Source: a virus. Taken from it: a stretch of 64,000 bases of DNA. The notes below the pieces were generated by a model. The model ran no database searches. It saw nothing but the letters and a program-made list of their open reading frames with translations, and was not told where the DNA came from. The stretch is from IMG/VR virus record IMGVR_UViG_3300031472_000015, positions 16,574-80,573 of that record; one strand, given 5' to 3'. Within the stretch, counting starts at the first letter, position 1. Each line of letters starts with the position of its first letter. Below, piece by piece: positions 1 to 9,534 of this stretch. A program made the translations under genes and the position numbers.

Positions 1-2
1 CT

Positions 3-626
3 AGGCGACGGGCTTCGGTGGCGATCAACGCGCGAGATAGCCTGGACTCCATCCTGGCGAACGTGCTGGCGGTGCCAGACGTGCTGGATGCCTATGCGGC
101 TCAGAACGACACGGCGTTCTCTGTCATCAGGGGCGGAATCACCCTGCCCCCGCACTCGCTGTATGTGGGCGTGGCCGGCGGCGATCCCGATGCAGTGGCC
201 CTGGCGATCCGCACCCGCAAGTCTCTGGGCTGCGACACGGTGGGCAACGTCACTCGGATGGTGCCGGATGCTGCTTACGCCGCGCCGCAGCCGACCTATG
301 CCACCTCGTTCCAAGTGCTGGCACCGACGCCAGTCTTGTTCGCCATCAAATTGGCAAACGATCCCAACGTGCCCTCGGATGCGCCGTCGCAGGTACAGGC
401 TGCGATAATCAACGCGTTCGCCGGGGCGGATGGTGGCCTGCGTGCCCGAAGCGGCGGTACGATCTATGCAAGCCGGTACTATGCGCCTGTGTCAGCCTTG
501 GGGGCTTGGGTGCAGATCATGTCCATCACGCTGGGGGTCGGCGCGGCCACCGGCTACTCCACCGTGATGCGGATTGATCAGATGCCAGTTGTGGCCCCGA
601 CTGACATCACCGTGACGTTGGTCTGA
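3..626 (+). CDS. Baseplate J-like protein, 5'-truncated by the window edge
   Basis: Frame is open from position 3. C-terminal PPHSLYVGVAGGD...RTRKSLGCDTVG pattern; directly upstream of a DUF2612-type gene with TGATG overlap. Confidence 0.8.
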   Translation, partial: RRRASVAINARDSLDSILANVLAVPDVLDAYAAQNDTAFSVIRGGITLPPHSLYVGVAGGDPDAVALAIRTRKSLGCDTVGNVTRMVPDAAYAAPQPTYATSFQVLAPTPVLFAIKLANDPNVPSDAPSQVQAAIINAFAGADGGLRARSGGTIYASRYYAPVSALGAWVQIMSITLGVGAATGYSTVMRIDQMPVVAPTDITVTLV

Positions 627-1312
627 TGCAGGGGATTGAGCGGACCGTTGTCTCCCAGTACGGAAACAGTCCCGTGCTGCTGGCGATCATCAACGCCTTC
701 AACGATGCCATTGACCCGGCAGCCGACTTTGAACTGTTCTATGACCAGATTTGGAATCTTGATACCGCATCTGGCTACGGGTTGGATTTGTGGGGCCGCA
801 TCGTTGACGTGTCCCGCACGCTATCGCTCACAGTCGCGCAGACCTCGTTCGGCTTCAACACCAAGAACCGCAGCTTCGCCCCGTTTGGGCAGGCACCCTT
901 CGTCAGCAGCGCAAACGTCACACGGAACTTTCGGCTAGAGGATGAACCTTATCGCCGACTGATCCTAGCAAAAGCGGCGGCCAATATCTGCGCCTGCTCG
1001 GCGCCCGTTCTGAACATGATCTTGACCTCACTGTTTGGGGATCAAGGCCGCTGCTATGTTACCGACTACGGCCACATGATGATGCGGTTCACGTTTGAGT
1101 TCTTCCTGAACCCAACCGACTTCGCGATCCTCACGCAGTCCGGCGTGATGCCAAAGCCTGCCGGCGTCACCCTCTATGTGGCGCAGCTTCCGCCACGCAG
1201 AACGTTCGGTTTTGCGGAAGCGGGGCGTGATTCGTCGGCACCGTTCGGACAGGCGCCGATGTTGTCCACTGCCAGCATCATCGTCGCTGTCGCCCAACAG
1301 CCAGGCATCTAG
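626..1312 (+). CDS. DUF2612-type baseplate wedge protein
   Basis: SQYGNSP...WNLDTASGYGLDLWGRIV and YRRLILAKAAANI motifs; position after baseplate J. Confidence 0.8.
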   Translation: MQGIERTVVSQYGNSPVLLAIINAFNDAIDPAADFELFYDQIWNLDTASGYGLDLWGRIVDVSRTLSLTVAQTSFGFNTKNRSFAPFGQAPFVSSANVTRNFRLEDEPYRRLILAKAAANICACSAPVLNMILTSLFGDQGRCYVTDYGHMMMRFTFEFFLNPTDFAILTQSGVMPKPAGVTLYVAQLPPRRTFGFAEAGRDSSAPFGQAPMLSTASIIVAVAQQPGI

Positions 1313-1359
1313 CCGCCCTGCCTTTGCGCTGCGCCGTTACGCGCGCTGGAGAACACTTG

Positions 1360-2319
1360 ATGCAGTCCAGCAACCTCCCGGCGCGGGTTCCACTCGCCTT
1401 CGCGACCGATGGACCCAAGAACATTATCCCGCTTGCCTCGCAGATCGCAATCAAACCGGCTATCGCCTCCCTAACTGATGGCTTTCCGCCTATCACTATG
1501 CTGCCTGACAACGCTGGCGGTTTGGCGCCGTTCGGCGAGGACTTCAACGGTATCCTCTTTTTGTTGTCCGCGCAGATTGTTTGGGCGTGCGCGGGCGGTC
1601 CAATGACGTTTGATGTTGGGTTCGCAGAAGCGGTTGGCGGCTATCCCAAGGGCGCGAACCTCGCATCCAACACCGCTCCTGGCCGGCGCTGGACATCAGT
1701 CATTGAGAACAATGCCAACGACCCAGACGCGGGCGGCGCCGGATGGATTGTCGGAGCGCAGCCGCCAACAGCGCGCGAGGTGTACAGCCAGCCCGGTACG
1801 GTGGAATGGGTTTGTCCCCCTGGTGTGTATCAGCTTGAGCCGCGTTTGGTTGGCCCTGGCGGCGCAGGCAGCAATGGCGCGCCCCCGAATCCTGGCCATG
1901 GCGGCGGCGGCGGCGGTTACTGCTCCGGCCCGGTGTATGTAGTTCCGGGCAACATCTATCCTCTCTCAGTTGGCTTGTTCGGCGGCGTGGGCGTTCCCGG
2001 TAGTCCGACCAGCGCGTTCGGTCTGATCGCAAACGACGGCGGCAATGGCAGTGCGGGTGGCCCTGGCGCTGGCGGCACGGCCACAGGTGGCCTTATCAAT
2101 CGCCAAGGCGGCGGCGGTGGCTACGGCTACATGGGGGGTACGACGGCCTTCGGCGGTGGCGGCGGCGCTTCGCCTACGTTGTATGGACCAAACCCCAGCG
2201 TCAACAGCCCTGGCCCAGCCACGCCAGGCCAGCCCGGTAGCACCGGACAGGGCGGCACGGGCGGCCCGAACGGCTCAGGCGGCAATGGCGGTGGTGGAGA
2301 AATCGTACTATGCTACTGA
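1360..2319 (+). CDS. Tail fibre-like protein with Gly-rich C-terminal domain
   Basis: N-terminal ASLTDGFPPITM...PFGEDFNGILFLLS baseplate-attachment pattern, GYPKGA motif, GGGGGGY repeats; GGAG RBS before ATG 1360. Confidence 0.75.
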   Translation: MQSSNLPARVPLAFATDGPKNIIPLASQIAIKPAIASLTDGFPPITMLPDNAGGLAPFGEDFNGILFLLSAQIVWACAGGPMTFDVGFAEAVGGYPKGANLASNTAPGRRWTSVIENNANDPDAGGAGWIVGAQPPTAREVYSQPGTVEWVCPPGVYQLEPRLVGPGGAGSNGAPPNPGHGGGGGGYCSGPVYVVPGNIYPLSVGLFGGVGVPGSPTSAFGLIANDGGNGSAGGPGAGGTATGGLINRQGGGGGYGYMGGTTAFGGGGGASPTLYGPNPSVNSPGPATPGQPGSTGQGGTGGPNGSGGNGGGGEIVLCY

Positions 2320-3698
2320 CCCGCGCCACGCTAATGGCCAGCGTGCTGCTCTTGCCTATGGCAAGCCGTGCTGCGGAGCCGACCAGCGCACCGATCAGCG
2401 GCCTGCCGACCGCAACGTCAACAACCGGCGGGGAACTGCTTCCCTGCGTTCAGGGCGGCGTGACGCGCCGCTGCACCGTGCAGCAGATCGTCAAGGCCCC
2501 AATGGACAGCGTTGCCGCCGAGGCTGCTCGCGCGCTTGCAGCGGAGGCCGCCAAAGCCAGTCAAGCCAATTTCTCCACGTCCACCACGGGCGATGTGGTG
2601 CTGAGTTCAGGCACCGCCGGAGCGCAGGTCAGAACCACGCTCGGTATCTCAGCCATCGGCTCCATAACAGCGGGGTTCGACGGCAGGGTGCCTGGCGCGA
2701 ATTGGCTTAGGACCTATGCCTATGGCGATCATGCCAGCTTCGTCGGCTTATCTCCTTACGGAGATGTCGGCCTCACTGGCGCAAGCAGGAACACTGACAA
2801 CGGGGGCGCGCAGTCGGCGTCGATTGGGACCGTAGGGTTCAACTTCAACTACAACACGGTGACACCGGCCGGCGGTTGGGGCGGGTATTTTGAAACCCGC
2901 CATGCCCAGGGTGCCGGCGTTTCGCAGGGCATTGAGATCGACGCGACCGAGTTTGGCACCGCTATCAACCCGACCGCTTATTACGGTGCGTTCAGCACCG
3001 CAGCTTTGTGGCTTGCTTCAGGCGGTGGCTGCATTGCTAGTGCACCATGCTGGAACGGGACATCGCAGGGCGGCGTGGCCTCGGATGCCAGCGTGGCAAT
3101 CGGCATCACCAACAATGGTGCTAGGTTTTTGAAAGGCATTGTCGTCCGCAATGGCTCCGTCACCGGCTGTGACGGTACGAGCCCTAATCAGACTTGCACT
3201 GTCTTGGAAGCAGGGCGTGGTTCACAGATCGTATTTGATGACCCTCTGGGCAGTCCGCGCTCCGTCATCAGTGCTGATGCCGGAACAGGTGCTCCTGTGT
3301 CGAAAATCAAGTTTACCGATCAAGGCGTGGCTATTCAGAATGCGTTTAATGTGAACACACTTCGTGTTGTGCCTGACAGCAGCGACGTGAACGGGATTGT
3401 TATTGCTGGTGCCACGTCGGGAAACAGCCCTACCATCATTCCCTCGCAAGAGAACACCGGGCTGCTGCTGACCGGGAACGGCGGAAGCACGCTCATCCGA
3501 CTCTTGCCGTTCGTGAAGTTTGGCGAGGGGCTGCTGGTCGCCTCCCTTCCATCCTGCGATGCCGCCCATGCGGGCTGGGTTACGTTCGTCACGGACGCCG
3601 CTTCCCCCGCCTATAACGCGGCGGTCACGGGCGGCGGCATAGGCCCGTCTGCTTCGGTCAATGTGCTTTGCAACGGAGCCGCCTGGACGGCGCATTGA
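2310..3698 (+). CDS. Tail fibre/tailspike-like protein (462 aa) with signal-peptide-like N-terminus
   Basis: ISGLPTA...GGELLPCVQGGVTRRCTVQQI and AAEAARALAAEAA fibre motifs; beta-rich body; start overlaps previous stop. Confidence 0.55.
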   Translation: MLLTRATLMASVLLLPMASRAAEPTSAPISGLPTATSTTGGELLPCVQGGVTRRCTVQQIVKAPMDSVAAEAARALAAEAAKASQANFSTSTTGDVVLSSGTAGAQVRTTLGISAIGSITAGFDGRVPGANWLRTYAYGDHASFVGLSPYGDVGLTGASRNTDNGGAQSASIGTVGFNFNYNTVTPAGGWGGYFETRHAQGAGVSQGIEIDATEFGTAINPTAYYGAFSTAALWLASGGGCIASAPCWNGTSQGGVASDASVAIGITNNGARFLKGIVVRNGSVTGCDGTSPNQTCTVLEAGRGSQIVFDDPLGSPRSVISADAGTGAPVSKIKFTDQGVAIQNAFNVNTLRVVPDSSDVNGIVIAGATSGNSPTIIPSQENTGLLLTGNGGSTLIRLLPFVKFGEGLLVASLPSCDAAHAGWVTFVTDAASPAYNAAVTGGGIGPSASVNVLCNGAAWTAH

Positions 3699-3778
3699 GA
3701 AGCACGCCGATCTTCGCCGCTTGCTGACGCATCCCTGACTGCTGGTCTTACCGCATCTCTCGCAAGGAACCCCCTGCC

Positions 3779-5008
3779 ATGACCTATGTCCTCCCGAAGC
3801 CGCCGTCCGCCGTCGTCATCCGGCCTGACAATGGGCAACAGTTGCCGGCAACGGGAGCCGACATTCCGCCGGCCTACATCAACTGGGTCCTGACGGAGCT
3901 AAAGGCGCAGGCGATCCAGCTTGGCAGCGCGCCGGTCGGCAGCGTGACCGTGCCGACGCCTACTCCGACGCCTACGCCCGTTCCTACGCCCGTTCCAACG
4001 CCTGTGCCGACGCCGACCCCCACACCCAGCCCGACGCCCACCGGCACCTATGACACTGATGCACAGGTTCATGCCGTCGTTGCGGCGGCCCTGGCCGCGT
4101 TCCCTGGCGGTGAGCTGCCCGCGCAGGTTCACACCGACATCGCCGCAGCCCTGGCGGCGCTTCCACCCTCCGCCACCTCGGCGCAGATGGCCGCCGCTAT
4201 CGCGACTGCCGTGCAGCCTCTTGCGACGCAGGCGCAAGTCACGGCATTCATCAGCGCCGCTGTAGCCGCCTTGCCGCCCGGCGAGACCCAGGCGCAGGCA
4301 CATACAGACATCGCGACGGCGATTGCGGCCCTGCCGGCTGGCGCGACCCTGGCGCAGATGACGGCGGCCATCGCAACCGCAGTGGCCCCGCTCCAAACTG
4401 CGGTGCAGGTCACGGCCTTGATCAACGCGGCTTTGGCGGCCCTGCCAAGCAGCAGCGCGCCCGGCACCACGCTCAGCCAGGTCAACACGGCGATCAGCAC
4501 CGCGCTCGCCGCCCTGCCGCCCAGCGAGTCCGCAGCCAAGGTTCAGACCGATATCGCGGCGGCCATCGCAGCCCTGCCGGCCAGTTCCACCCCGGCGCAG
4601 GTGAGCGCGGCCATTGCGGCGGCCATTGCGGCATTGCCGGCGACGGACAGCCACGCGGCCATTGCGGCGGAAATCGCGGTGGCGATCCAGGCGATCCCCG
4701 CCCCGGTGCCGGACCCGATCCACAAATACGTGGCGGCCGGCGCCATCGCCTCAAACGTCCGCAACGCTTGGCTGTATGCAGCAGGGGCCTACACGCTCGG
4801 TGCACCGACGCAGGACGGCCAGCGCATGACCATCAAGCGCCGGGTGGCGGGTTCGGTCAGCGTCACCCTGTCGCTTGAGGATCAGGCAAGCTACGCCTTT
4901 ACGATGGGCGATCCTGCCGCGCCGTCGCCACCGACGTTCCCGCGCGACTGCCTAACCCTGACCGGCGAGACCACCACCGCAGCGGCGCCCACTTGGTCGC
5001 TGATCTAA
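3779..5008 (+). CDS. Pro/Thr-linker, Ala-rich repeat protein (stalk-like), tail region
   Basis: PTPTPTPVPTPVPTP linker followed by about 11 repeats of ~20 aa (AQVxxxIAAAxAALPxxxT). Confidence 0.6.
   Translation: MTYVLPKPPSAVVIRPDNGQQLPATGADIPPAYINWVLTELKAQAIQLGSAPVGSVTVPTPTPTPTPVPTPVPTPVPTPTPTPSPTPTGTYDTDAQVHAVVAAALAAFPGGELPAQVHTDIAAALAALPPSATSAQMAAAIATAVQPLATQAQVTAFISAAVAALPPGETQAQAHTDIATAIAALPAGATLAQMTAAIATAVAPLQTAVQVTALINAALAALPSSSAPGTTLSQVNTAISTALAALPPSESAAKVQTDIAAAIAALPASSTPAQVSAAIAAAIAALPATDSHAAIAAEIAVAIQAIPAPVPDPIHKYVAAGAIASNVRNAWLYAAGAYTLGAPTQDGQRMTIKRRVAGSVSVTLSLEDQASYAFTMGDPAAPSPPTFPRDCLTLTGETTTAAAPTWSLI
4060..4700 (+). repeat. About 11 imperfect ~60-bp coding repeats (AQVHTDIAAALAALP-type)
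   Basis: Read directly from the translation of 3779..5008. Confidence 0.8.
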
Positions 5009-5018
5009 GACCTCAGTC

Positions 5019-6266
5019 ATGTCCTACTTGCCCACGCCCGCTGCAGCCGACCAGGTTATTGCGCCGAGCATCGCGATAACCGACACGCTGCGGGGGCTGC
5101 ATGGGCGGGCGGAGGTGCAGTACACTCCGCAGGCCATCGCCGACCTGATCCGCGATCTCAATGCGGTGAAGCCACTGCAAATCGCGCAGACCTACGGTGC
5201 CCAGCCCGATGCTGACCAGGGCGCCTTCCTGAACAAGTTCGTTGTCCACGAGAACATCCAGTTTGCTGGCAAGATCGACGTGCTCACGCTGGAACACCAC
5301 TACGGGGGCGGTGCTGGCGGGCGCAACACTTCGGAAGTGTTTAGCTTCTTCGACAGCGCGTCCTTGCCCTCAAACACCGACCGCAACTATGTGGGCTTTG
5401 CCAGCAGCTTCTTCGCAAGCGCGGCGGATAGCCCCGATGCCAACGGCAACGGCGGCGGGGGCTTTGCCGTAAACTTCGTCGCAACGGTCGGACCCGGCGT
5501 CAAGTGGTACAATATCACCGGGGGCGAGATAAACTTTGGGATTGAAACAGGCGGTTCCGCCATACTTAAAAGCGGGCTTTCCATTGCGCCTAATCCCACC
5601 GACACGGTGCAGGCAACGCTCTATGATTGCGGCCTGTCGATCAGCAGCCAGAATGCGACGTTGGGCCTGCGGCACGGTATCCTGTTCAGCAACTACAACG
5701 GATACTTCCCGTGCCGGGCCGATGGCACCCTGATCGGGGTCGCAGGCCCTGGCGCTGCAACCCGCAACGGCATCGACTTCACAGGCTGCAAGTTCTCCGG
5801 CGCCGCCTTCGCATCGGCTAACTTCCAGGTGGATGGCAGCGGCGAGATGCTGGCGAACTCGCTCTCCATCTTCGGCAACCTGGGACCTCCCGGGCAAGCT
5901 CTCCTCGTCCCGGCGTCGCATGCCAACCGCGGGGGCCTTGTCGGCTGGAATGCGTCCAACCTCTCAGGCGAGGTCTCCTACATAAACACCTACCCCGGGG
6001 CGCAGAACGCGCACGAGTGGTACCAGCAGATCGCGGACGGATCGCTGCGTGCCCTGGGCGCGGTCGATAGCACAGGGGCTTGGCAGTTCCCCGTGAGCGT
6101 GTTCACGCCACGGCTGGAGTTCACCCCGGGCGGCGCGGTCCAGGCGTTCTACGACCCTGCTCCAGGCAAGATACTTTTTCAGATCGGGGGCGTGGTTGTC
6201 ATGTCCGTCGATGCCGGTGGCAATATCCGCTCCAAGGGAACCCTCACGGGAAGCGTCGTCCCGTGA
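5019..6266 (+). CDS. Tailspike/fibre-like beta-rich protein (415 aa)
   Basis: Long ORF with G/N/S/T/F-rich beta-type composition in the tail operon. Confidence 0.5.
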   Translation: MSYLPTPAAADQVIAPSIAITDTLRGLHGRAEVQYTPQAIADLIRDLNAVKPLQIAQTYGAQPDADQGAFLNKFVVHENIQFAGKIDVLTLEHHYGGGAGGRNTSEVFSFFDSASLPSNTDRNYVGFASSFFASAADSPDANGNGGGGFAVNFVATVGPGVKWYNITGGEINFGIETGGSAILKSGLSIAPNPTDTVQATLYDCGLSISSQNATLGLRHGILFSNYNGYFPCRADGTLIGVAGPGAATRNGIDFTGCKFSGAAFASANFQVDGSGEMLANSLSIFGNLGPPGQALLVPASHANRGGLVGWNASNLSGEVSYINTYPGAQNAHEWYQQIADGSLRALGAVDSTGAWQFPVSVFTPRLEFTPGGAVQAFYDPAPGKILFQIGGVVVMSVDAGGNIRSKGTLTGSVVP

Positions 6267-6451
6267 TGTTCACGCAAGCCCAAGCCGCAAACCTACTGGC
6301 GTTTCTACGCCCCGAAATCGAGAAGGCGCAGGCGCTCGGCGAACTACTGAACATCATCGGGCCGATTGCCAATCCGCCGCCATCGCCGCCCGGATCGCCT
6401 ACGCCGTCTCTGCCCGAACCGCCTGCCGAGGCGCCTTTCAACCCGTCCTGA
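6266..6451 (+). CDS. Small helical protein with Pro-rich tail (possible fibre chaperone)
   Basis: TGATG coupling to upstream gene; MFTQAQAANLLAFLRPEIEKAQALGELL. Confidence 0.5.
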   Translation: MFTQAQAANLLAFLRPEIEKAQALGELLNIIGPIANPPPSPPGSPTPSLPEPPAEAPFNPS

Positions 6452-6469
6452 CACGAGGGGCTATCATCC

Positions 6470-9400
6470 ATGTCCATCATCAATCCGCAGCCCGCGCAGG
6501 GCACGCTAGGCACGAGCACGTCGTTCGTGGTGTCCGATTCTACTGGACAGCAGACAGCCACGCCAACGCAGGTTGGCGTGCTCCTGGGCATTACTGTGGC
6601 ACCAGCGGCCACCACTCCCACGCCCACCCCGACGACGCCCGGTCCGACCCCGACGCCGACCACGCCGACCACGCCGACCACGGCATTCTCGCTGGTGACG
6701 GCTGGCAACCCCATGCCGGACCTGCTGCTGGCCCTCGACCCGGCGCTGCCGGCTTCCACCGCATCGCTGGTGACCGGCACGCCCGGCATCCAGGTCGATA
6801 CGAACAAGAACGTCCTTGCTCTGATCGAGCCGGTGAACGGCTACCCGTGCGGCCATGGGTATGGCGAGACCATGCTGGTGGCGAGCGGCCCCGGCGGGTT
6901 CCCAGTGTTCCACTCGACCCCAGCCGGATACAATCAGACCTACGACGCCATCGTCTTGCCGTATGAAGTCGGGACCAAGCTGTTCGGCGCCCCGAACGCA
7001 GGCGCCTATGTCGCCTTCGTGCTCAAGCAGACCGCGGCTGGCGCGAACGCGCTGCTGCAGGTGTGGGGGGCGAACGGCAACGTCAACGTCATCGGCGCGT
7101 CCGGGGCCTCCGACGGCGCGCTGCGGGTCGAGCAGAACAACGGCGGCGCGGTGGGCTCGGAGCCGACCTCGTCCGCGACCGCGCTGAACCAACTGCAGAT
7201 CCTTGAGCTGATTTTCGACCCGAACAAAAAGACCATTGCGGTCTGGCGCAACGGCAGCCTCACCTTGGAGACCCCGCCCGGCTACATCGGCAACATCGGC
7301 GCGCTCAGCCGCTTCGAGGTGCTGAATGACGGCCGCGCCGACGTGAGTTGCGCGCTGTTCGGCAGCACCATCCCCACAGTGGCCCAGCAGAACGCGGTCC
7401 GCGCCTTCCTGGCGGCGCGCTATGCCATCACCGTGACGACGAGCACCCCCGCCGTCGTCAACCCGCCTGCCACCACGCCTGGCGCGCTGGCCGACTACCC
7501 GCAAATCTATCGCCAGCCGTCCGGCCCAATATTCAAAGATACGACCCAGGTGCCGTTTGGGGTGACATTGGTCAACCCGGCCAGCAACGTCCAGTGGCTG
7601 AAAATGGGACGCTTGGTTTCAGACGCGAACATCAAGAGCCAAGCCGACCTTTTCTCACAAGTCTATACGCGGAACGCCAACGCCATAGACTCTCCCAGCT
7701 ATTATCCCAACCAGGGAGAAAACGGGTTCGACGCGGTTTATCGGGATTATCCGGAAGGCGACCCTCGGAACCTGCACGTCATCAAGGATGACTGCATGGC
7801 GCTGATCCTCCGCACCCTGGTGGTCGGTCAGACCAGCAGCTACCGTTTCGAGATGGGCTTCATGCGGCTGCTGGAGCACCTGACGAAGGGACGCTACGCC
7901 GAGATGACCTGGACTTGGCCAGGTGGCGACTTTGACACCATCGTCGGGCAGTTGATTTCCTGGCTGACGTTCTGGGGCTTTTCGAACTATCAGGAGCCGT
8001 TGACAAAGAACGTGTATATCGGGCAACCGAGCCTTGAAGGCGACTGGCCCGACAACTTCAAAGAGGATCATGCCCAGCTTGGCGACAGCTATAATACCGG
8101 GTATGTCCTATATGGTAATTACCTGAAGGATGCGCAGGGCAACTACTATCCCGATCCCTCTGTTTATGGAAATCCGAGAAACCTATACCTGAGCAACACG
8201 CCGCCCTTCGTCGGTGGGCGGAACGGGCGGGTCTATGTCACCGATCCCGCCATGAAGCCGCACACCGGCAAGCATCGCATGGGGATCGACTGGCGGCTGG
8301 ATGACACCTGGGTTTTCGTCATTGACGGCGTGCCGGTCCGCAAGCTGCACATCGCGTATCCAGCCGTCTTCGGATCAGGCGGCAGCTACGTGGGCCAGGG
8401 CAATCCCCCGCCGGCCGCCATGAACGGTAAGCCGGTGCCGTTGAACATTGAGATCGGGCACCAGAGCCAGGCGCGGTTCAACCCTGACACCTACGCCAAG
8501 ATGATCGCCAACAACGACACGACAAACCCGCTGCGGGCGGAGCTTCGCATCTACTCCATCGGCGTCTGGGACAGCAACACGACGGTCGAGCCGCCGACCA
8601 GCACGCCCATCCCGGCGCTCCCAGCGCCGCAGACCGGCGCCGCGCTAGGCGACCTGCCGGCGATCACGTCGGGCACCTACCTGCTCAACATCGACGCCGG
8701 CAAGCCGAACCCAGTCAGCGACCAACTCGGGCTGAACACCGTGTTTGCGGTCAACAACCTCTACGTGCCGACCGACCAGATCAACGGGCTGGGCACGATC
8801 CACCTGGACGGCGACGACAACAACCCCGCCGGCCTCGCCGTCCGCGGCCCGGCCGTGGGCCAGGCGCAGGGGGCAGGGCAGGTCGTCCTTTTCGTGGTGC
8901 TCAAGGACGCCAATCCCTATGCGGACAGCCATCCGCAGGTGCTGGCGCAGTTCTCCAGGATCACCCCTCAGACCGACCAGAACACGAACCGCATCACGCT
9001 GAGCATGTCGTCCTTCGGCGCCGGCGCATCGTGCCAGGCGTTCGGCACCCACGGCGGCAACTACGGGGCCTGCATCGCCGGCAGCGACGGGCACTATGCC
9101 ACGGCGTCGGCGGGAGGCTGCAATTTCGGACAGACCGAGATCATCACCCTGACCAAGTCCCTGGCGGGCGACGGCACGGTGGTGGTTGGATCGGGCTACG
9201 GCGGGCAGCAGAACCTGCCGGCGTCCGGCGGCGGGGTGCCGCCTGCCAACATCAGCGGGCTGACCGAGCTGACCATCGGGTGCGCCCGCGACTACGACGG
9301 GTTTGCCACCTGGGGCGCGCTTGGACTGCTGGGACAGGTGATCGAGGTGGGCGTCGCGGCCGGCGGCAGCTTGTCCGCTACCGATTACACGGCCATCGTC

Positions 9401-9481
9401 GCCTACCTGCAAGCCAAGCGCGGGGCGGCCAACCCAGGCGCGTCCACCAGCGCGAACGCCGCGGCATCCTCGGGTTTCTAG
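6470..9481 (+). CDS. 1003-aa multidomain protein: PT linker, LamG-like, divergent GH16-like and second LamG-like domains
   Basis: GRYAEMTWTWPGG...WLTFWGF...LEGDWPD...HRMGIDW...FVIDG follows the GH16 beta-jelly-roll pattern; (PT)n linker near the N-terminus. Confidence 0.65.
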   Translation: MSIINPQPAQGTLGTSTSFVVSDSTGQQTATPTQVGVLLGITVAPAATTPTPTPTTPGPTPTPTTPTTPTTAFSLVTAGNPMPDLLLALDPALPASTASLVTGTPGIQVDTNKNVLALIEPVNGYPCGHGYGETMLVASGPGGFPVFHSTPAGYNQTYDAIVLPYEVGTKLFGAPNAGAYVAFVLKQTAAGANALLQVWGANGNVNVIGASGASDGALRVEQNNGGAVGSEPTSSATALNQLQILELIFDPNKKTIAVWRNGSLTLETPPGYIGNIGALSRFEVLNDGRADVSCALFGSTIPTVAQQNAVRAFLAARYAITVTTSTPAVVNPPATTPGALADYPQIYRQPSGPIFKDTTQVPFGVTLVNPASNVQWLKMGRLVSDANIKSQADLFSQVYTRNANAIDSPSYYPNQGENGFDAVYRDYPEGDPRNLHVIKDDCMALILRTLVVGQTSSYRFEMGFMRLLEHLTKGRYAEMTWTWPGGDFDTIVGQLISWLTFWGFSNYQEPLTKNVYIGQPSLEGDWPDNFKEDHAQLGDSYNTGYVLYGNYLKDAQGNYYPDPSVYGNPRNLYLSNTPPFVGGRNGRVYVTDPAMKPHTGKHRMGIDWRLDDTWVFVIDGVPVRKLHIAYPAVFGSGGSYVGQGNPPPAAMNGKPVPLNIEIGHQSQARFNPDTYAKMIANNDTTNPLRAELRIYSIGVWDSNTTVEPPTSTPIPALPAPQTGAALGDLPAITSGTYLLNIDAGKPNPVSDQLGLNTVFAVNNLYVPTDQINGLGTIHLDGDDNNPAGLAVRGPAVGQAQGAGQVVLFVVLKDANPYADSHPQVLAQFSRITPQTDQNTNRITLSMSSFGAGASCQAFGTHGGNYGACIAGSDGHYATASAGGCNFGQTEIITLTKSLAGDGTVVVGSGYGGQQNLPASGGGVPPANISGLTELTIGCARDYDGFATWGALGLLGQVIEVGVAAGGSLSATDYTAIVAYLQAKRGAANPGASTSANAAASSGF

Positions 9482-9534
9482 CCGGGAGCACGGGGGCGCC
9501 GGCCCCCGCTGCTCCCACCCCGCCCGCCCCCGGC
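9472..9534 (+). promoter_or_regulatory. Putative programmed -1 ribosomal frameshift signal
   Basis: In-phase X XXY YYZ heptamer G GGT TTC (9472-9478) just before TAG; 5-nt spacer; 14-bp hairpin 9484-9516; loop could pair with CCGGC at 9530-9534. Confidence 0.75.

Noticed and set aside
9031-9477. N-terminal 149 aa of the listed 715-aa ORF
   Set aside because: Shadow translation overlapping the 1003-aa gene; protein-like sequence starts only at the slippery site
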